Source: an uncultured bacterium
Lineage (GTDB): Bacteria > Patescibacteriota > Minisyncoccia > Phycocordibacterales > CAIZLB01
Assembly (NCBI GenBank): GCA_903848795.1
Contig: CAINHC010000021.1
Span: 11,309-75,308, forward strand
Reading direction: 5' to 3'
DNA: 64,000 nucleotides
Below the pieces are notes generated by a model. That model ran no database searches. It worked only from the letters and a program-made list of their open reading frames with translations, and was not told where the DNA came from. Both the position numbers and the translations under genes were made by a program. How positions within the stretch are numbered: position 1 is the first letter of the stretch; every line of letters starts with the position of its first letter. This document shows positions 59,434 through 64,000 of this stretch, in pieces.

Positions 59434-62400
59434 TTAATTGTTGTCCTCGGCGTTCGCTTGCTCATATGCGACCACTTCATTTTCAAGATCGGTTGAATCT
59501 TTATTCAATTCAACATCAACTCCAAGACCTCTAAGGTTTGAAAGAAGTACGTTGAATGATGCTGGGGTATTTGGATCCAACAATTTATGTCCCTTAACGA
59601 TTGAGTCAAAGGCTTGAGTTCTACCTTGAATATCGTCAGACTTAATTGTAAGCATTTCACGAAGTGCGTGGGCTGCGCCGTATCCCGCTAGCGCCCAGAC
59701 TTCCATTTCTCCAAATCTCTGTCCTCCTCCTTGTGCCTTTCCTCCTAGAGGTTGCTGTGTAATTAGAGAGTAAGGACCGATGGAACGCATGTGAATCTTG
59801 TCTTCAACCATGTGGTGAAGTTTCAAAATATACATGTATCCAACCGCGATGTCCTGTGCGAATTTCTCTCCTGTTCTACCATCAAACAATTTCATTTTTC
59901 CGTTTTCATTATATCCAGCAGAAACAAGTTCTGATTTAATTTCTTCAGATGTAGCTCCGATAAATGGAGGAACGATTGCTTGATAACCCATTTTGTTTGC
60001 AGCCAAACCTAAGTGAAGCTCAAGGATCTGTCCAAGGTTCATACGTGATGGAACGCCGAGTGGTGTAAGAATCACATCAACTGGAGTTCCGTCTGCCATG
60101 AATGGCATATCTTCAACTGGAAGAACACGTGAGATAACTCCCTTGTTACCGTGACGTCCTGCCAACTTATCTCCAACAGAAACAGAACGCAAAAGTGCAA
60201 CTTCGATGTGAATTCTTTTAATAATTCCTGACTCTAGTTTATCTCCTCGCTCTCTTGAGAAAATCTTCACACTTATTATACGTCCGCGCTTTCCATTTTC
60301 TAGTCTCTTTGATGTATCTTTAACATCTCTTGATTTTTCACCGAAGATTGATCTAAGAAGTCTTTCCTCTGGAGTTAGCTGAGTCTCACTCTTTGGAGTA
60401 ATTTTTCCAACAATGATATCTCCTGGTCTAACCTCCGCTCCAACTCTAACAATTCCGTCAACGTCCAAGTTCTTTAGTCTATTTTCTCCAACATTTGGAA
60501 TATCATGAGTAGTAACTTCAGGCCCTAGCTTAGTATCACGAACGTTAATAACAAACTCTTCAATGTGAACAGTTGTAAATTTTGATTCCTTAACAAGTCT
60601 CTCTGATAGGATAATAGCGTCTTCAAAGTTTGCCCCAGACCATGTCATGAAAGCAACAAGACAGTTTTGTCCAAGCGCCATTTGTCCTCCAACAGATGTT
60701 GAAGTGTCAGCAAGAACATCCCCTCTCTTAACCTTCTGTCCGATACTAACTATAGGACGTTGATGGAAAGCTGTGAATTGGTTTGTTCTACTGAAGTTCA
60801 CAAGCTTAAACTCATGATCCTTCTTTCCACGTAGCACAACTTTCTTTGCATCGACTCCAATAATAAGACCGTCCTCTGGTGCGATAATTACACGTCCTGT
60901 GTCAACTGCAGCCTTCTCCTCAATTCCAGTTGCAACTAGTGGTGCTTCAGGAACGATACAAGGAGTAGCTTGCTTCTGCATGTTTGAGGCCATCAACGCT
61001 CTTTGTGCGTTGTCATGGTTCAAGAATGGAATCATAGAAGTTGAAATAGAGAAAGCCTGATCTGTTGAAACGTCAATATATTCTACTTCTTCCTTTGAAA
61101 CCACAGCGGGTTCACCGTTTATTCTAACCTCGAGTGTATCTTTTGCAATATTACCATCTTTATCATAGTCAGTTGTGGCGTGGGCAATTTTACATCCCTC
61201 TTCCTCAAGTGCATTAAGATAAACAACCTCTTTTGTAACCTTTCCTTTTGCAACCTTTACATAAGGAGTCTCAATCATTCCGAAGTGATTGATTCTAGCA
61301 TACATAGCAAGCTGAAGAACAAGACCAATGTTTTGTCCTTCTGGTGTGTGAATTGGACAAATTCTACCGTAGTGAGATGCATGAACGTCACGAACCTCAA
61401 CTCCAGCACGCTCTCTTGTTAGTCCGCCGGGGCCAAGGGCAGAAATTCTACGCAAGTGCTCAATTTCGGCAAGAATGTTTTCTTGACTCATAAATTGTGA
61501 CAATTGGTTTGTAGTGTAGAATTCCTTTATACGAGCTTGAAGTGGACGAGGTGAGATAAATTGAATAGGAAGATTTGCATCAGTATCAATTGTAGACATT
61601 CTGTTTTGAATGTTTCTCTTAATTTGAGTCATACCAATTCTAATTTTTGCTTGAAGCATTTCTCCAACGTATCTAACGCGACGTGATCCTAAGTGGTCAA
61701 CATCATCTTGAACTGAAGCAGGATTGTGAGCAAGTTCAATAATTTTATTTATTGTAACAGCCAAGTCATCCAAGCTAAGTGTCATAACAGAAACCGACTT
61801 CTCATCCATAGGCTTTCCAAATCTTTGATTGAAACGGAAACGTCCTACTTTTGACAAATCATATCTCTCAGCCGACTTAAGTAGAGAGTCAACATATTCA
61901 CGAGCGTTGTCAGCTGTTGCAAGCTCACCATCACGCATCTTTCTGTGGATTTCAATATAGGCCTCGTCTTTTGTCTTGGCGTGATCCTTAGCTAGTGTTG
62001 ATTCAATAAATGGAAGTGCTAATTCATTATCCTTAAACAATGCCTTTATTTCTGTATCAGTCTCAGCTCCGAATACACGTAGAAGTGATGTAACAGGAAA
62101 CTTTCGCTTTCTGTCCATTCTTACATATATAGTGTGATCCGCATCAGTATCAATCTCAATCCAAGCACCACGTGCAGGAATAATTTTTGCTCCAAAGTAT
62201 GTCTTACCCTTCAATTCTTGTGAAGTGAAAAATACTCCATATGAACGGGCAAGCTGTGGAACGATAAGTCTCTCAATACCATTTATAATAAAAGTTCCGT
62301 GATCAGTCATCAAAGGAAAATCAGCAACGAAGATTTCTTGCTCTTTCGTTGTGTTTAAGATTTTGTTTTTTAGGCGAACCATGACCTTTAGAGGTGCTTC

Positions 62401-62643
62401 GAAGTTCACTTTATTGTCCTTTGCATAAAATTCATCAAACTTTGGTTTTTCTAATTGAAAATCAAAAAAATCCAACTCAAACTTCTTGCCTGAGTAGTCT
62501 TGTATTGATGAAAATTCACTGAACACTTCTGATATACCTCTGTCTAGTAACCATTTAAACGATTCTAATTGGGCTTCTACTAAATTGGGAAGCGGCGCTA
62601 GCGGCTCCTTAAAACGTGAAAAATACTTTTTGGGACGTATCAT
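59434..62643 (-). CDS. rpoB: DNA-directed RNA polymerase subunit beta
   Basis: Conserved blocks throughout (GEMEVWALAGYGAAHALRE, NADFDGD-partner regions, GKAQGGGQRFGEMEVWAL); compact 1069-aa form. Confidence 0.9.
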   Translation of the reverse strand: MIRPKKYFSRFKEPLAPLPNLVEAQLESFKWLLDRGISEVFSEFSSIQDYSGKKFELDFFDFQLEKPKFDEFYAKDNKVNFEAPLKVMVRLKNKILNTTKEQEIFVADFPLMTDHGTFIINGIERLIVPQLARSYGVFFTSQELKGKTYFGAKIIPARGAWIEIDTDADHTIYVRMDRKRKFPVTSLLRVFGAETDTEIKALFKDNELALPFIESTLAKDHAKTKDEAYIEIHRKMRDGELATADNAREYVDSLLKSAERYDLSKVGRFRFNQRFGKPMDEKSVSVMTLSLDDLAVTINKIIELAHNPASVQDDVDHLGSRRVRYVGEMLQAKIRIGMTQIKRNIQNRMSTIDTDANLPIQFISPRPLQARIKEFYTTNQLSQFMSQENILAEIEHLRRISALGPGGLTRERAGVEVRDVHASHYGRICPIHTPEGQNIGLVLQLAMYARINHFGMIETPYVKVAKGKVTKEVVYLNALEEEGCKIAHATTDYDKDGNIAKDTLEVRINGEPAVVSKEEVEYIDVSTDQAFSISTSMIPFLNHDNAQRALMASNMQKQATPCIVPEAPLVATGIEEKAAVDTGRVIIAPEDGLIIGVDAKKVVLRGKKDHEFKLVNFSRTNQFTAFHQRPIVSIGQKVKRGDVLADTSTSVGGQMALGQNCLVAFMTWSGANFEDAIILSERLVKESKFTTVHIEEFVINVRDTKLGPEVTTHDIPNVGENRLKNLDVDGIVRVGAEVRPGDIIVGKITPKSETQLTPEERLLRSIFGEKSRDVKDTSKRLENGKRGRIISVKIFSRERGDKLESGIIKRIHIEVALLRSVSVGDKLAGRHGNKGVISRVLPVEDMPFMADGTPVDVILTPLGVPSRMNLGQILELHLGLAANKMGYQAIVPPFIGATSEEIKSELVSAGYNENGKMKLFDGRTGEKFAQDIAVGYMYILKLHHMVEDKIHMRSIGPYSLITQQPLGGKAQGGGQRFGEMEVWALAGYGAAHALREMLTIKSDDIQGRTQAFDSIVKGHKLLDPNTPASFNVLLSNLRGLGVDVELNKDSTDLENEVVAYEQANAEDNN

Positions 62644-62763
62644 AAAGCGTCTATTTAATTAAACGAGAATTGGTAAAAGTGAGCCCGCGAAAGAGCAGTA
62701 AAACTCAATCGTCTTTACGCAGACCCTTATAGTATATGATTTATCCACAGGTGTCAATTTTAA

Positions 62764-62787
62764 CCCAGTAGGTGATTCTGCTGAATC
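62764..62787 (-). promoter_or_regulatory. Fourth copy of the GATTC-N4-GAATC-(A/G)CCTACTGGG motif, in the rpoB upstream region
   Basis: The reverse complement of 62764-62787 is gattcagcagaatcacctactggg (23/24 identical to 37493-37516). Flanked on the rpoB-coding strand by TTGACA-like hexamers. Confidence 0.5.
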
Positions 62788-62937
62788 AGGTGTTGACAAC
62801 TCCATTCGTATTAGTTTGGGTCTTTTGTCAACTTTAATTAGGTCTCGAAATGGGTCCTGAAGCCTTATTTTTAGGCAAATTAACCAAACTGGAAAGATTT
62901 TGTGAGGAATACAAAAGAATACACAAACTTACTTATT

Positions 62938-63765
62938 TTACCTAAATAAAGGCGTATTTTTAATCAATTCAGGATCATGGTTCTCTAACCTCATCTTATG
63001 GCTATGTTTAACGGTTCTTAAATAACAAAGAGGTATAACATGATCACGTAAGCCAAACTTCTTGGACCTAGTAACAAAATCACTATCTTCATAGTTCCAC
63101 CCATTAAACGACTCATCATAACCACCAATTAGATCAAAGTATTTTTTAAACAGAAATATTCTGCCCCCAATTCCAAAATTATCAAAGAATTTTTCACTAT
63201 AAGTATAACCCATGCACGAACCAATAGACTTTGGTTTTTTATTTAAAACGTAATTTATAAAGTATGCAAAATCCTTCCCTGTAAAATTATCAGCGTCTAA
63301 GTTGCAGACAATATTTCCAGTTGCAAATCTGTGGGCCATGTTTTTTGCCTTACTTGCATGGAAGTATTTAGGCTCTCTTGTCTGGTAATATTTAAGAACT
63401 CCCGACTTTATGTATTCATCTAAATTACCCCTAACCCAGAATTCCAAATCGTCCTTAGAATTATAGTCCAGAAGAACAAACTCCACATTTGGATAATTAA
63501 TATTATTAAGGATGTTTTTCAGCAACGTCTTCTTAATATGCTCCGACCTGTTCATACAGGTGATACAAAAGGATATTTTGTATAACTTATCGACAGGCTT
63601 ATTTTTGAAATCCTCAGCAGATAGCCAACTCGAGAAGAAGACAAATTTGGTATAGCAAAACTTCGCAATTCCCCAGACCTTATCTTTTATCCAGACGGTA
63701 AATTTCCAAATAAAATTTTTCTTCCCTCGCCTTGATTCAATATTTGATAGTATTTTACTAAACAT
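62938..63765 (-). CDS. GT-A fold glycosyltransferase (family 2-like)
   Basis: ISFCITCMNRSEHIKKTL...VEFVLLDYNSKDD...NLDADNF (DxD). The likely true start is the internal Met near MNRSEH. Confidence 0.5.
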   Translation of the reverse strand: MFSKILSNIESRRGKKNFIWKFTVWIKDKVWGIAKFCYTKFVFFSSWLSAEDFKNKPVDKLYKISFCITCMNRSEHIKKTLLKNILNNINYPNVEFVLLDYNSKDDLEFWVRGNLDEYIKSGVLKYYQTREPKYFHASKAKNMAHRFATGNIVCNLDADNFTGKDFAYFINYVLNKKPKSIGSCMGYTYSEKFFDNFGIGGRIFLFKKYFDLIGGYDESFNGWNYEDSDFVTRSKKFGLRDHVIPLCYLRTVKHSHKMRLENHDPELIKNTPLFR

Positions 63766-63798
63766 AGATATTGTTAATTTGAACTCTCTTCCATCTTA

Positions 63799-64000
63799 GT
63801 TTTTTTCCACAGTTTCCATCTTTGGTTTTACCTCCGCTTTTGATACCTCTTTTGACCCTCCTTTTAAACCCTCATTTATTCCACCTTTTCTATCGTTTCT
63901 CCACCCCTCAATCTTTTTATGATCACCGCTCAAAAGAATTTGTGGAACTTTGTATTTTTTACCATTAAACTCTACTGTTTCAGGCCTAGTATAAACATCC
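63799..64000 (-). CDS. trmD: tRNA (guanine37-N1)-methyltransferase, 3' end; runs off the window end
   Basis: Minus-strand translation ...GPETVEFNGKKYKVPQILLSGDHKKIEGWRNDRKGG...* matches the TrmD C-terminus (VPEVLLSGNHAEIRRWR). Stop codon at complement(63796..63798). Confidence 0.6.

Overview
AT-rich (~35% GC) bacterial chromosome segment, read with the standard genetic code. Gene content and architecture suggest a Candidate Phyla Radiation (Patescibacteria)-like organism: small rpoB and rpoC, Lys-rich N-terminal extensions on rpoD and enolase, a type IV pilus-like operon, and secreted peptidoglycan-binding surface proteins. Core genes are rpoB-rpoC, dnaG-rpoD, dnaX, eno-gpmI, dus, a TruB-like pseudouridine synthase, trmD (partial, window edge), and a UvrD-like helicase-nuclease. 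The window also carries three accessory regions. (1) 1.5-5.9 kb: a mannoside-catabolism cluster of PMM-type HAD phosphomannomutase, a tandem GH130-GH130 protein, a membrane-anchored GH130, and a PMI-like cupin. (2) 9.3-21.2 kb: an island ending at a tRNA-Gln gene, with three divergent RhuM-family paralogues, an HExxH protein, NUDIX, an MliC-like protein, a Trp-rich tandem-repeat protein, a polysaccharide deacetylase, an MFS transporter with a duplicated 3' remnant, and a promoter-plus-terminator-bounded ~60-nt sRNA candidate. (3) Scattered GC-rich (45-55% GC) patches at 28.7-29.6 kb (an orphan gene with bidirectional terminators), 35.45-35.87 kb (non-coding and structured), 41.7-42.1 kb and 47.76-48.08 kb, all candidates for foreign DNA or structured RNAs. 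Also present: a Phd/RelE toxin-antitoxin pair next to a 437-aa unknown, a MazF fragment, a two-component system followed by two degenerate receiver paralogues, two DsbA-like oxidoreductases, and a 24-nt dyad-containing motif repeated three times upstream of dsbA and once upstream of rpoB. No CRISPR array, rRNA or transposase was seen.
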